A model generated the notes under the pieces. The model saw nothing but the letters and a program-made list of their open reading frames with translations. It did not search any database and was not told where the DNA came from. Shown here piece after piece: positions 1-8,232 of a stretch of 35,964 bases of DNA. Position numbers and translations under genes: made by a program. The DNA comes from a virus (taxonomy: Duplodnaviria > Caudoviricetes): the IMG/VR virus record IMGVR_UViG_3300048858_000029, positions 1 through 35,964 of that record; one strand, 5' to 3'. The stretch's first letter is position 1. Each line of letters opens with the position of its first letter.

Positions 1-1
1 G

Positions 2-592
2 CAGATCGTTGGCTTCGAACTTTCTGGATTGTTCTTTGACGCGACGATTTTGACCGGCATATTACAAGTCTCACCCTATGTGTTTGGTGTTACCTCAATA
101 TGCGTGTCGATCTATCACTGGGGATATAGATATCTCGTTAAGAGGAACAAACAGAACGAGATTATCCATCTTCTTCTATTCTATGACAAGTTCCTGGCGA
201 TACCTGTAATAATTTCGTTTTTTCTCCCTCCTTCTCTCGTCGAACTGAGGGTGTTCATCTTCCATTTCGCCTCCTTTATATTGGCCGGTATTGTATTTTT
301 CCAGATATTCCAAGAACAGTCTGTGAGTTACATCAATATCGTGTTCCTTTTGTTCACTCTCTATAACTCCGTCGCTCTCGCGGGTGAAGCCTCAGCGTTC
401 AAAGATCTTCACCGCGTAAGTCCGCGCTACGACGTGTTTACGACCGATGTGGACTACGTGAACACAATACTCATGCGAACCACCGCCAATGGCATTCTGA
501 TAAGGTCAGGAAGTAGTGTCATCTTCTATCCGAAGGAGATGATCGAGAAGATCCGCAAAGAATGGGCACCAGACGAAAGCAGTCAATCGTGA
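2..592 (+). CDS. Multi-pass membrane protein (accessory/moron), probably 5'-truncated by the window edge
   Basis: The frame of ORF 29..592 stays open back to position 2 (QIVGFELSGLFFD...). It has about 4 hydrophobic segments and a soluble C-terminal tail, and is visibly more AT-rich than the structural genes. Confidence 0.65.
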   Translation, partial: QIVGFELSGLFFDATILTGILQVSPYVFGVTSICVSIYHWGYRYLVKRNKQNEIIHLLLFYDKFLAIPVIISFFLPPSLVELRVFIFHFASFILAGIVFFQIFQEQSVSYINIVFLLFTLYNSVALAGEASAFKDLHRVSPRYDVFTTDVDYVNTILMRTTANGILIRSGSSVIFYPKEMIEKIRKEWAPDESSQS

Positions 593-624
593 TGCATAGT
601 TCATCATTATGAATCAAGCACTTA

Positions 625-653
625 ATTGAACTTCACTCCCTAAACTTCCATCT
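625..653 (+). promoter_or_regulatory. Putative RpoH(sigma32)-type promoter ATTGAA-N16-TCCATCT for the head operon
   Basis: Intergenic position, and the same shape and spacing as motifs at 7520, 15336, 19443 and 6666(-). Confidence 0.45.
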
Positions 654-684
654 GTCAGTGGACCCCAAGTGGACCCTGAAACAG

Positions 685-1794
685 ATGAAGCAGATCGAAA
701 AAACTCAACGCATTCGCGACCTCATCACAGCCTCGGCTGGCGATGTGGATCTCGACGCGCTGCGTGTTTACGAGGCGATCGCTTTCAACACGCTTCCCAT
801 CCGCAAGGAGCATTATCTCTACAAGGGCGCCCGCGCCGACCGCAACTTCCTTCTGGAGATGGCGAGCGAACTGCGTCGTGAGTCCCGCCCTGTTCAAATC
901 CAGCACAACAAAGAGCCGCTCCCGATCGGCCGCGTCTTCCACGCCGAAGTGGTCGACACGGGCGTCGAGTCCGAGCTCCGCGTCCTGTTCTTCCTCGATC
1001 CGACTGCCAATGAGCAGGCGACCAAGATCGAAGCCGGAACTGTGGATCAGGTCTCCGTCTCGATCCTGTCCAAGCAGCTCCTGAACTCCAAGTCCGGCTT
1101 CGACTACTTCGGCCCCGATGCCACGTCCGAGAACATCTGGTCGGGCATGGACAACGACGGCAATCAGCTCGGCAAGGCTGGCGTCTATGGCCAAATGCGT
1201 GGCCTGGCCAACTTCTGGGAAATGTCCCTGGTTGGCCAGGGTGGGGCTCAGAACGCCCGCATTGTTACCCGCGAAAAGTCCCACTTCGGTGAGTCCTTCG
1301 AGCGCCTCGCGGCGACCGGCATGGACCCGAACTCGCTCGTCCTCAACCTCACCGCTACCAAGGAAACACCCATGGATATCTCTGCCTTCGTCGCAGATCT
1401 GACCGCGAAGACGGCGGATCTGACCAAAGCCCAGATCGACCTCACCGCATCCGCTGCAAAGGTGACGGCGCTCGAAGCTACCGTTGTCGAGCGTGATGCA
1501 ACCATCGTCGACCTGACCGGTCAGCTGGAAACGGCCAAGGCTGCTGACATCGCTGGTGTCACTGCTGCTCGTGACGCTGCAGTCGCAGCTCTCTCGGCGG
1601 TCGCCAAGAACGTCCTGACCAAGGTCGGCAAACTCGATGTCGCCGTTCCGACTGATGTCGCTGAACTCTCGGCTCTCATCACTGAACATTCCGATGCTCT
1701 CGTGATCAAGGCCGGCGGCACTTCCAAAGACACTCCAACGGACCTGTCGAGCGCGGCTACGCCTCGCGCCACGGCTTTCCGTCTGAAGCGCTAA
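685..1794 (+). CDS. Prohead protease / scaffold fusion protein
   Basis: Lies before the decoration and capsid genes. The N-terminal domain has HK97-protease-like motifs (IQHN..LPIGRV, QVSVS, WEMSLVGQGG) and is followed by an Ala-rich coiled coil. ATG 685 is preferred over GTG 658. Confidence 0.75.
   Translation: MKQIEKTQRIRDLITASAGDVDLDALRVYEAIAFNTLPIRKEHYLYKGARADRNFLLEMASELRRESRPVQIQHNKEPLPIGRVFHAEVVDTGVESELRVLFFLDPTANEQATKIEAGTVDQVSVSILSKQLLNSKSGFDYFGPDATSENIWSGMDNDGNQLGKAGVYGQMRGLANFWEMSLVGQGGAQNARIVTREKSHFGESFERLAATGMDPNSLVLNLTATKETPMDISAFVADLTAKTADLTKAQIDLTASAAKVTALEATVVERDATIVDLTGQLETAKAADIAGVTAARDAAVAALSAVAKNVLTKVGKLDVAVPTDVAELSALITEHSDALVIKAGGTSKDTPTDLSSAATPRATAFRLKR
1372..1794 (+). 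CDS. Nested in-frame scaffolding protein (lambda Nu3-like)
   Basis: AAGGAAACACCC-ATG at 1360-1374 is an internal RBS very like the tail-tube RBS (GAGGAAACACCCAC-ATG). It sits exactly at the start of the coiled-coil region. Confidence 0.6.
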   Translation: MDISAFVADLTAKTADLTKAQIDLTASAAKVTALEATVVERDATIVDLTGQLETAKAADIAGVTAARDAAVAALSAVAKNVLTKVGKLDVAVPTDVAELSALITEHSDALVIKAGGTSKDTPTDLSSAATPRATAFRLKR

Positions 1795-1821
1795 TCCCCG
1801 AAACCACGGAGAACATACCCC

Positions 1822-2217
1822 ATGGCATCCTTCCACACCAAAGTAAGTCTTCGTGGTTTCCACTTCGAAGATTTCCACCTGACCTTCACGCTCGCAGCCG
1901 GCATCGTTGCGGCTGACGTGGGTAAGGCCGTTTCCTTCGGCGCAGCTGCCAACACCGTCAAGCTCGCAGGCGATGGCGACACCATCATCGGCCGTCTGGC
2001 AACTGTCGAAGACCGCAAGGTCGAAGGTCAGCTCATCGGCGCCGTTGCTCTGAAGTTCGCAAATGTCCTGCCAATTAAGGCTGGTGATGCCATCGCGGCG
2101 GGTGACACCGCAATCGGCGGCGGCAACGGCACGGTCAAGAAGGCCGCAACGGCTGACCACAGCAAGAACTTCGTCGCAGAGATCATCGGGACCGACGCCG
2201 TCGTCGTCCAGGTCTAA
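1822..2217 (+). CDS. Head decoration / capsid cement protein
   Basis: 131-aa Gly/Ala/Val-rich beta protein between protease and capsid; GGAG RBS. Confidence 0.65.
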   Translation: MASFHTKVSLRGFHFEDFHLTFTLAAGIVAADVGKAVSFGAAANTVKLAGDGDTIIGRLATVEDRKVEGQLIGAVALKFANVLPIKAGDAIAAGDTAIGGGNGTVKKAATADHSKNFVAEIIGTDAVVVQV

Positions 2218-2254
2218 TCGGCTCTCGCCCCCAGTTTAACGGAGAATTTTCTAA

Positions 2255-3445
2255 ATGACCGAGTCCCTCACCAAAGTTAAGCGCCGTGGAGTCGAGAGCC
2301 TCCAGGTTCTGCTCACGGAAGACGAAAGCGTGAGCAAGAACGAAGCGCAGAAGCTCATTCGCGAAGCGAAGAGCTTCGGCCTCAACATGCGCGACTTCCT
2401 CACCCTGGCAATCGATCCGGCTGCTTCCGAGCACAACGACCGCTACCGGGACGCTGACGGCTATCTGAACGGTTACGAAGCCGCTCTGTCCTTCCTGAAT
2501 CTCCCGGTTCGTGACGATTTCGCGCAGGGCATCGTCCTCGACGCCGCATCGGACACCTTCCAGACGTACGCTGGCACTCGTGCCCTCTTCCCCGAGGTCA
2601 TCGACGATATGGTCCGTTGGAAGTACCGTCAGAGCCAGCTGGAAAATACCATCTCCATGGTATCCCAGAGCCGCACGATTTCCGGCAACGAGATGATCTC
2701 CACCGTCGTGAATGACGAGCAGGGTGATTATCAGACGGTTCGCGCCGTCGCTGAACTCGGCCGCGTACCGGTTCGCACCATCCGCACAAGCGAACAGTCC
2801 GTCCGGATCTACAAGCATGGTGGTGGTCTGCGTTACTCCTACGAGTTTGGCCGTCGCGCCCGCCTGGATCTGATGACGCCATACTTCGTCCGCATGCTCC
2901 GCGAGACCGAGATGTCCAAGGTTGCCGCGGCAACGGCACTCCTAGTCAACGGTGACGGCGTCAACGCACCGGCCCCGGTCGTGAAGATGTCGACCCTGAA
3001 CTCCAGTGCGACCCTCGGCAAGATCGACCGCTTTGCGCTTCTGAAGTGGCTGATCAACCGTGCCAAGGGTGGCACCCCGGTCGACACCGTGGTCGGCAAC
3101 TACGACTCGTATCTCGAGTGGCTGATGCTCCTGACCATGCCCGTTGCCAGCAACCAGGGCACGACCGAAGGCGACCTCCTAGCGAAGCAGGGCGTTCAGC
3201 TCGGCGGTATCCCGCTGCTGTCGGCCGTGGCCAACTTCTCGTTGTCGGCCGAAGCACCAGAAGGCCAACTGATCGGTCTCTCCAAGGGTGACACCATGGA
3301 AGAACTGATTGAGGCTGGCTCTGATATCGAAGAGTCCGAGCGTTCGATCGCCAACCAGTCGGTCACGGTCGTCAAGACCACGAACGCGGGCTACAAGATG
3401 AACTTCGGAGACACTCGCTCGATCTTCGACTTCAAGACGGCTTAA
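2255..3445 (+). CDS. Major capsid protein (HK97 fold)
   Basis: 396 aa, expected position, strong codon bias, VAELGRVP / KHGGGLRYSYE motifs, followed by a terminator. Confidence 0.85.
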   Translation: MTESLTKVKRRGVESLQVLLTEDESVSKNEAQKLIREAKSFGLNMRDFLTLAIDPAASEHNDRYRDADGYLNGYEAALSFLNLPVRDDFAQGIVLDAASDTFQTYAGTRALFPEVIDDMVRWKYRQSQLENTISMVSQSRTISGNEMISTVVNDEQGDYQTVRAVAELGRVPVRTIRTSEQSVRIYKHGGGLRYSYEFGRRARLDLMTPYFVRMLRETEMSKVAAATALLVNGDGVNAPAPVVKMSTLNSSATLGKIDRFALLKWLINRAKGGTPVDTVVGNYDSYLEWLMLLTMPVASNQGTTEGDLLAKQGVQLGGIPLLSAVANFSLSAEAPEGQLIGLSKGDTMEELIEAGSDIEESERSIANQSVTVVKTTNAGYKMNFGDTRSIFDFKTA

Positions 3446-3469
3446 TCCCCGCCTTGAGGTAAACCCTTG

Positions 3470-3502
3470 GCCCGTCGTTCTAAACCGAACGACGGGCTTT
3501 CT
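3470..3502 (+). terminator. Rho-independent terminator after capsid gene
   Basis: 11-bp stem GCCCGTCGTTC/GAACGACGGGC, loop TAAACC, then TTTCT. Confidence 0.75.
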
Positions 3503-3516
3503 ATTAGGAGAGCACC

Positions 3517-3810
3517 GTGAAACTGCTTGCTGAAACCACTGGCCCCTTCGGTCTTCTGGACCTTTCAACCGGCCAGACCTTGAATGCCAACCGCCCTTCT
3601 GTTGTCTCCCGCTCGAGCTTTATCGACTCTCGCATCGCGCTCAGCCAGATCGTGAAAGTCGCGGACGTTCCTGACGAAGTGACCGACATGGACTTCGAGA
3701 ACTTCTGGCGTGACTCGGATGGTGATCGGGATCTCGCCGTTGCGTCATTCCTGTCACAGTTCGATCCGGAAGCGCCCCAGGCGCCCGCGCCAAAGAAGCG
3801 GGGCAAGTAA
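3517..3810 (+). CDS. Small hypothetical protein downstream of capsid
   Basis: AGGAG RBS, GTG start, acidic core with a basic PKKRGK tail, typical of post-capsid small genes. Confidence 0.7.
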   Translation: MKLLAETTGPFGLLDLSTGQTLNANRPSVVSRSSFIDSRIALSQIVKVADVPDEVTDMDFENFWRDSDGDRDLAVASFLSQFDPEAPQAPAPKKRGK

Positions 3811-3811
3811 C

Positions 3812-4534
3812 ATGGACGTCATCGCGGGCACACCGACTGCACTAAGCATTCCCTTCATCATCGGGACGCAGCCGGTTGCCCCCGATGCAGGGTCCGTGAC
3901 CTATACAATCAAAGACCAGTTGGGCACCCCAATGGTCGGCCTCACAGACATCCCGTACGTGGTGACTGGGACGGTGTACGAACTAAAGATCTTGGTACCA
4001 TCTTCGGCCAACCAGATCACCGGAACACGCCGGTTCGAACGGCGCAACGTGGTAGTCAACTTCAAGGTCGCCGGCGAGGAGATGCAAATCTCTCGCGTGT
4101 ATCGCGTTGTGCCAGAACCCAGCTTCACTGTAACGGCCAGTGATGTCCGCGCCTTCATTGGCATCGAAGATCATGAGATGCCAGATGAGGACATCGACCT
4201 TCTGTCAGCATACCTGGTCGTGGAAAAGGATGTATCTGCCGACATCCTGACTGCGGCGCTGACATCAGGCACAACCGACGAGATCGCCGCCAACACTCTG
4301 ATCCGGATGCGGGCCGTTCTCGATGTTCTGCCTTCCGCTAAGCAGCGGATGGCTCAGAGCGAGACGAATGGTGTCAAGCAGTTCAGCCGCGTCGATCTGA
4401 AGGAGCTCGACAAGCTCAAGATCGAGGCAGAGCGCCGCTACCAGGAAGCCGTCGATGAGCTGGTCGTGGTTGCAGAAACCAACATCTCGTTCTTCCTGGC
4501 TGTGTCGGGTACCGACGCAATAACGGGGGCATAA
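3812..4534 (+). CDS. Putative head-tail adaptor (N-terminal beta domain plus helical domain)
   Basis: Start reassigned to ATG 3812, just after the previous stop. Synteny; TAATG coupling to the next gene. Confidence 0.6.
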   Translation: MDVIAGTPTALSIPFIIGTQPVAPDAGSVTYTIKDQLGTPMVGLTDIPYVVTGTVYELKILVPSSANQITGTRRFERRNVVVNFKVAGEEMQISRVYRVVPEPSFTVTASDVRAFIGIEDHEMPDEDIDLLSAYLVVEKDVSADILTAALTSGTTDEIAANTLIRMRAVLDVLPSAKQRMAQSETNGVKQFSRVDLKELDKLKIEAERRYQEAVDELVVVAETNISFFLAVSGTDAITGA

Positions 4535-5079
4535 TGGTCAGTCTCAAGACAGCGGGTCTGCGCTTCGACAGCACAATGTATCGGTCGGACAATCTACCAT
4601 TCCGCGGGACCGTCGAGCAGGATGCTGAAGGGAAGCTGATTGGCTATGATTTCAGCGCCCCTCGTCGCATCCTCCGCGTATCAGCCGACTGCCGGGTGAA
4701 AACGTTGGATGTGATCCGCGACGTCGCCAACCGCTGGTACCTTGTTGCAGATCATGATGCGTCTTTTGCCTACGACATCGTTGAGTACCGCAGTCACATG
4801 CTGATCCCACTCAACAAGAACGTCACCTGGCAGCGCGAAACCACCATCGTTGACCCGCTGACCAAACGCGAGAAGTCGAGTGGCAAGACGGATCTCGGGA
4901 ACATCTGGGTGCTGATCGAGCGAGTCAACCGAGAACAGGCTGATGGCACCATGCGGGTTAAGGAGGAGAGCGTTAGCTGTTTCACCTCCGCCGAACTGAA
5001 GCTCAACGACATCGTCGATAACATGGTAGTTAAACGGGTGAACGTTGTGCGTGGCGTCTACCTGGCGGAGCTGCAGTAA
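4534..5079 (+). CDS. Putative head closure/stopper protein
   Basis: Beta-rich 181-aa protein, translationally coupled on both sides, in the neck module. Confidence 0.55.
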   Translation: MVSLKTAGLRFDSTMYRSDNLPFRGTVEQDAEGKLIGYDFSAPRRILRVSADCRVKTLDVIRDVANRWYLVADHDASFAYDIVEYRSHMLIPLNKNVTWQRETTIVDPLTKREKSSGKTDLGNIWVLIERVNREQADGTMRVKEESVSCFTSAELKLNDIVDNMVVKRVNVVRGVYLAELQ

Positions 5080-5942
5080 TGGCCGGCGTGAAGGTCACCT
5101 TCAAAGTCGGCAACCGTCGTGGTGTGGGGAATAAGGATGTCTTCGCACAGGAGAGCTTCGTCGAAGCTATGGAAGAGGAAGCTGGACGAAGCCTTTCGTC
5201 AGGCTTCCAAGTCGACGTACCTCGCCTCCAGCGCGTCTTGGACACCCGCATAAGTGCTTCGCTGAAGCAAGCTGTAACTTTTGCAGCGATGAACATGATG
5301 GGAGTGAAGTCCCAGATGGCCGATAACAAAGGTGTGTCGACGAAGATCCTCTTCAACTTGGGTGAAGAGCGGGGTTTGGAAGGTGAGGGTGAACTCCCGA
5401 TCTTCAACGCTTCAAAGTCGCTCACGAAGGCACTGCCGTTTTCCGCCGAACTAGAGTGGCAGGCGCTTGCTCGGGCGACAATTATCAAGAAGTCCGGCGG
5501 TAAGATCGGCCGCGCGGCTGATCAGGCACGAAAGTACTTCATCCACACCGGGAGCCTTCAGAAAGAGATAAGGGCGCTTGCCAAAGATGTCGTTGCAAGG
5601 ACCGGAACAGTGAAGGTCTATTACGCCAAGGGTGAGACGACTAAGTCCCTTCGGGTTATGCAGAACCAGAGCCGCGTTCGTGTCGGTCAACTTCAGCTCC
5701 GCTTCCTTCCAAAAATCCCAATTCGCACCCTTCCTGGCTTTCTCAAAGAACGACCAGATCACACCGACCCGACTGTAGCTTTCGAGAGGACCCTTGGTCT
5801 GTCGAAAGATACCCTGACCAAGCTTCAGGGTGTGCAGGACCACCATCGCCCCCTGCTCCAGCCGGTCTTCTCCTACTGGATGCTGACCCGCATTCCACGT
5901 CTCGTGGGCGCGGCGATCAGTAACTCTATCCGTACCCGCTGA
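5079..5942 (+). CDS. Putative neck/tail completion protein (HK97 gp10-like position)
   Basis: Basic protein with YFIHTGSL and HHRPLLQP motifs reminiscent of Ne1-type proteins; synteny. Confidence 0.5.
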   Translation: MAGVKVTFKVGNRRGVGNKDVFAQESFVEAMEEEAGRSLSSGFQVDVPRLQRVLDTRISASLKQAVTFAAMNMMGVKSQMADNKGVSTKILFNLGEERGLEGEGELPIFNASKSLTKALPFSAELEWQALARATIIKKSGGKIGRAADQARKYFIHTGSLQKEIRALAKDVVARTGTVKVYYAKGETTKSLRVMQNQSRVRVGQLQLRFLPKIPIRTLPGFLKERPDHTDPTVAFERTLGLSKDTLTKLQGVQDHHRPLLQPVFSYWMLTRIPRLVGAAISNSIRTR

Positions 5943-5949
5943 GGTTCAT

Positions 5950-6417
5950 ATGTACGAAAAGCTCTATGAAAACCTACACAGCTCCCTCGTGGTATTTGTC
6001 CAAGGGATCATCGAAGATCGGAAGCCAGCTCATCCTGAAACCGCGATCGAGTACATCGATTGGGAAGCTCACGCAAACACCCTAGAGCTTCCGGATACTG
6101 ACTTGATTGGCACGACGGCAATTACATTCACCGAGGACGAACCACATGTCTTTGGTGGTTCCTTCACGATAGGGATCTCGAGCTTCGCGAGTGACAAGAA
6201 CCTTTTTCGGCTGCGGAATTATGTCGGGAGCACGTTTGGCCGAATGCGGCCCGAAAGCAAGATCCCCCTGTACGATCAAGAAGCCTGCGTGCAGCTCGGC
6301 TGGCTGCATGTCGTCGACGGCACCACAGTGATGCCAATGACGAAGGCTGATACTCGGCCCCTGCAGTTTATCCAGTGTAGCTTTATCTTTGACCCGCTTA
6401 CTGCGGCTGGGGAGTAA
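5950..6417 (+). CDS. Putative tail terminator protein
   Basis: Acidic 155-aa protein, the last neck gene before the tail tube. Confidence 0.55.
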   Translation: MYEKLYENLHSSLVVFVQGIIEDRKPAHPETAIEYIDWEAHANTLELPDTDLIGTTAITFTEDEPHVFGGSFTIGISSFASDKNLFRLRNYVGSTFGRMRPESKIPLYDQEACVQLGWLHVVDGTTVMPMTKADTRPLQFIQCSFIFDPLTAAGE

Positions 6418-6604
6418 GGGTCTCCAGCCCACCCTGGGCAATCATCAGGGTTCGGAGGATTTCAAGGTTGCCGTCGTGCTCGGCGGCAAGAGCGGCCTCC
6501 ACGAGGAATATGACTTCCTTGCTCATGGAACGTTTGTTGATGTCGGCGCGGCTCTGAATAAGAGCCGAGAGATCATCATCAAGGGCGACTGACAAGCGAT
6601 GCAT
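6398..6604 (-). CDS. Arc-family ribbon-helix-helix DNA-binding protein
   Basis: RLSVALDDDLSALIQSRADINKRSMSKEVIFLV matches the Arc pattern (strand, helix, N-x-RSM-x-x-E helix). Confidence 0.75.
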   Translation of the reverse strand: MHRLSVALDDDLSALIQSRADINKRSMSKEVIFLVEAALAAEHDGNLEILRTLMIAQGGLETLTPQPQ

Positions 6605-6638
6605 TCTTCACCATTTTGCTGCAAAAGACTCCTCGCAA

Positions 6639-6666
6639 ATATGGGCATAAATCCTCATTTATCAAG
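6639..6666 (-). promoter_or_regulatory. Putative RpoH-type promoter CTTGAT-N15-CCCATAT for the Arc-like gene
   Basis: Near-consensus sigma32 elements ending 35 nt upstream of ATG 6604 on the minus strand. Confidence 0.5.
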
Positions 6667-6704
6667 GAACCAATTCTCTTGAACACACATGAGGAAACAC
6701 CCAC

Positions 6705-7505
6705 ATGGCTGGCTCTGCAAAGACCAAAAACTTTCTTCTTTCGACTGCCACTGTCATGGTGGGTCCACCGGCTGAACTCCACAAGCTGAACCCTGCCGAA
6801 CACTCGCTCGGCCTGGTGAAGAACTTCCAGATGACGGCTGATCCGACCTACGTGGAACTGACCCAGGGTCTGAAGAACTCTGTCGTCATGTCCGTGAAGA
6901 ACGGCGATGGCCTGAAGTGCTCGATGGAGATCTACGAATACACTGTCCGCAACCTCGGATACGCCGCAGGACTGGACGCTTCCGGCGTGTCGTTCGACCA
7001 GAATGAAGAGATCTGGCTGGCAACTGCTGCCTACGCCGCGGCTGGCAAGACGATCGAGGTTGGTTCGGATGTCACCGAAAAGGTGAAGCCCGGCGATTAT
7101 ATCTTTATGCAAAACGGCCTGGACGACAAGGTCCACATTGCCAAAGTGGGTACGGCAACCGTCGCGACGGCGAAGACCACCATCACGCTCGCCGCAGGCT
7201 ACGAGCCAGCCACCACCATGGTGTTCCCGATTGGCGCCCGTATCGGCAAGGTTAAGCGGATCGACGTCGGCGCCTCGGATGTTCAGCCAGAGTTCGGTGC
7301 CAAGATCGTCGGCCTGCTCCCGAAGGACAACGCGCCGTTCACGATCTACCTGCCGAAGATCAAGATCACCAAGGGCCTGGGTGTCGCCTTCCAGACGGAC
7401 AACTTCGGCAACCTGCCCTTCGAATTTACCCCCTACTCGGGTGTCGAGACTGATCCTCTCTTCTCCGAGTATGGCACCGCAGCAGCTGTTCTCTTCGCCC
7501 GCTGA
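6705..7505 (+). CDS. Major tail (tube) protein
   Basis: 266 aa, GAGGA RBS, strong codon bias, lies before the chaperone and TMP genes, followed by a terminator. Confidence 0.8.
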   Translation: MAGSAKTKNFLLSTATVMVGPPAELHKLNPAEHSLGLVKNFQMTADPTYVELTQGLKNSVVMSVKNGDGLKCSMEIYEYTVRNLGYAAGLDASGVSFDQNEEIWLATAAYAAAGKTIEVGSDVTEKVKPGDYIFMQNGLDDKVHIAKVGTATVATAKTTITLAAGYEPATTMVFPIGARIGKVKRIDVGASDVQPEFGAKIVGLLPKDNAPFTIYLPKIKITKGLGVAFQTDNFGNLPFEFTPYSGVETDPLFSEYGTAAAVLFAR

Positions 7506-7519
7506 GGCCTCCAACACTC

Positions 7520-7548
7520 CTTGTAAAAATAGGAAAAGACTCCCATCT
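7520..7548 (+). promoter_or_regulatory. Putative RpoH-type promoter CTTGTA-N16-CCCATCT
   Basis: Matches the recurring motif and overlaps the left arm and loop of the terminator hairpin. Confidence 0.5.
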
Positions 7549-7568
7549 ACTGGGAGTCTTTTCTTTTC
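7533..7568 (+). terminator. Rho-independent terminator (possibly bidirectional)
   Basis: 13-bp stem GAAAAGACTCCCA/TGGGAGTCTTTTC, loop TCTAC, T-rich tail. Confidence 0.8.
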
Positions 7569-7582
7569 CTGACAGGATCACA

Positions 7583-7978
7583 ATGACCGACAAAATATCC
7601 ATTTCTTTCGAGGGCGCCGAGCGCGAACTCTTCATGTCTTATGGCCTCCTGAATGAGCTCGCCAAGCTGGTTGGCTCTCCGGAAGTCGCGCCTCAGATCT
7701 CGCTGGATGAGTACCTCCGCTCCGAGGTTCTCAAGGCCTGCCTCGCTGAACGCAAACCCTCTGGCAAGGTGCTGAAGGCAATCGAGGACATGGACGATCT
7801 CGACATGTCGATCGATGACGTGGAGTCCGTGCTCGACTGGGCAACGGAGCACGTCCTGAGTTTTTTCGTTCGTTCGTTGGGCAAAATGGTCAAGCGGGTC
7901 GAGTCCAACAAGGACGTCCTCGAGGGCCTCAAGTCTTCTCTGGCTGGGTTGGAAGCCTCAGCTTCCGCGACAGCATAA
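7583..7978 (+). CDS. Tail assembly chaperone (gpG-like)
   Basis: 131-aa helical protein between tube and TMP genes; contains a slippery heptamer. Confidence 0.75.
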   Translation: MTDKISISFEGAERELFMSYGLLNELAKLVGSPEVAPQISLDEYLRSEVLKACLAERKPSGKVLKAIEDMDDLDMSIDDVESVLDWATEHVLSFFVRSLGKMVKRVESNKDVLEGLKSSLAGLEASASATA

Positions 7979-8232
7979 TTTGGACGCTGGGCATACGGCC
8001 CAGCGCCCTCGACGAGGCCTACTGGTCGAACTCGTTCAATGACCTGACCACCCTGGTAAGTTTGAAATCTCAGGAGCACATGGCTCACCACCTCCAGACC
8101 TATGAGACTTTCCGTCTCGTGGTTGATGAGGCGCTCGGGGGCGGCGAGAGCAAGTCCGACGAGTCCGATGCCATCCAGTCCTTTGATCAGCTTGCCCGGG
8201 CGTTTGCCGACATAGGAGGAACGCTTGGCTGA
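7583..8232 (+). CDS. Tail assembly chaperone gpGT-like, via programmed -1 frameshift at T TTT TTC (7861-7867)
   Basis: The -1 frame is open from the slip site to TGA 8230-8232 (…IIWTLGIRPSALDEAYWSNSFNDL…IGGTLG*). It fills the apparent gap before the TMP gene. Confidence 0.75.

Noticed and set aside
655-2160. 501-aa minus-strand ORF, and similar long antisense ORFs at 2183-2818, 6579-7517, 19328-19978, 20648-21766 and 32459-33052
   Set aside because: These are shadow frames of strongly codon-biased, GC-rich genes. They have no RBS or recognisable motifs and overlap well-supported plus-strand genes.
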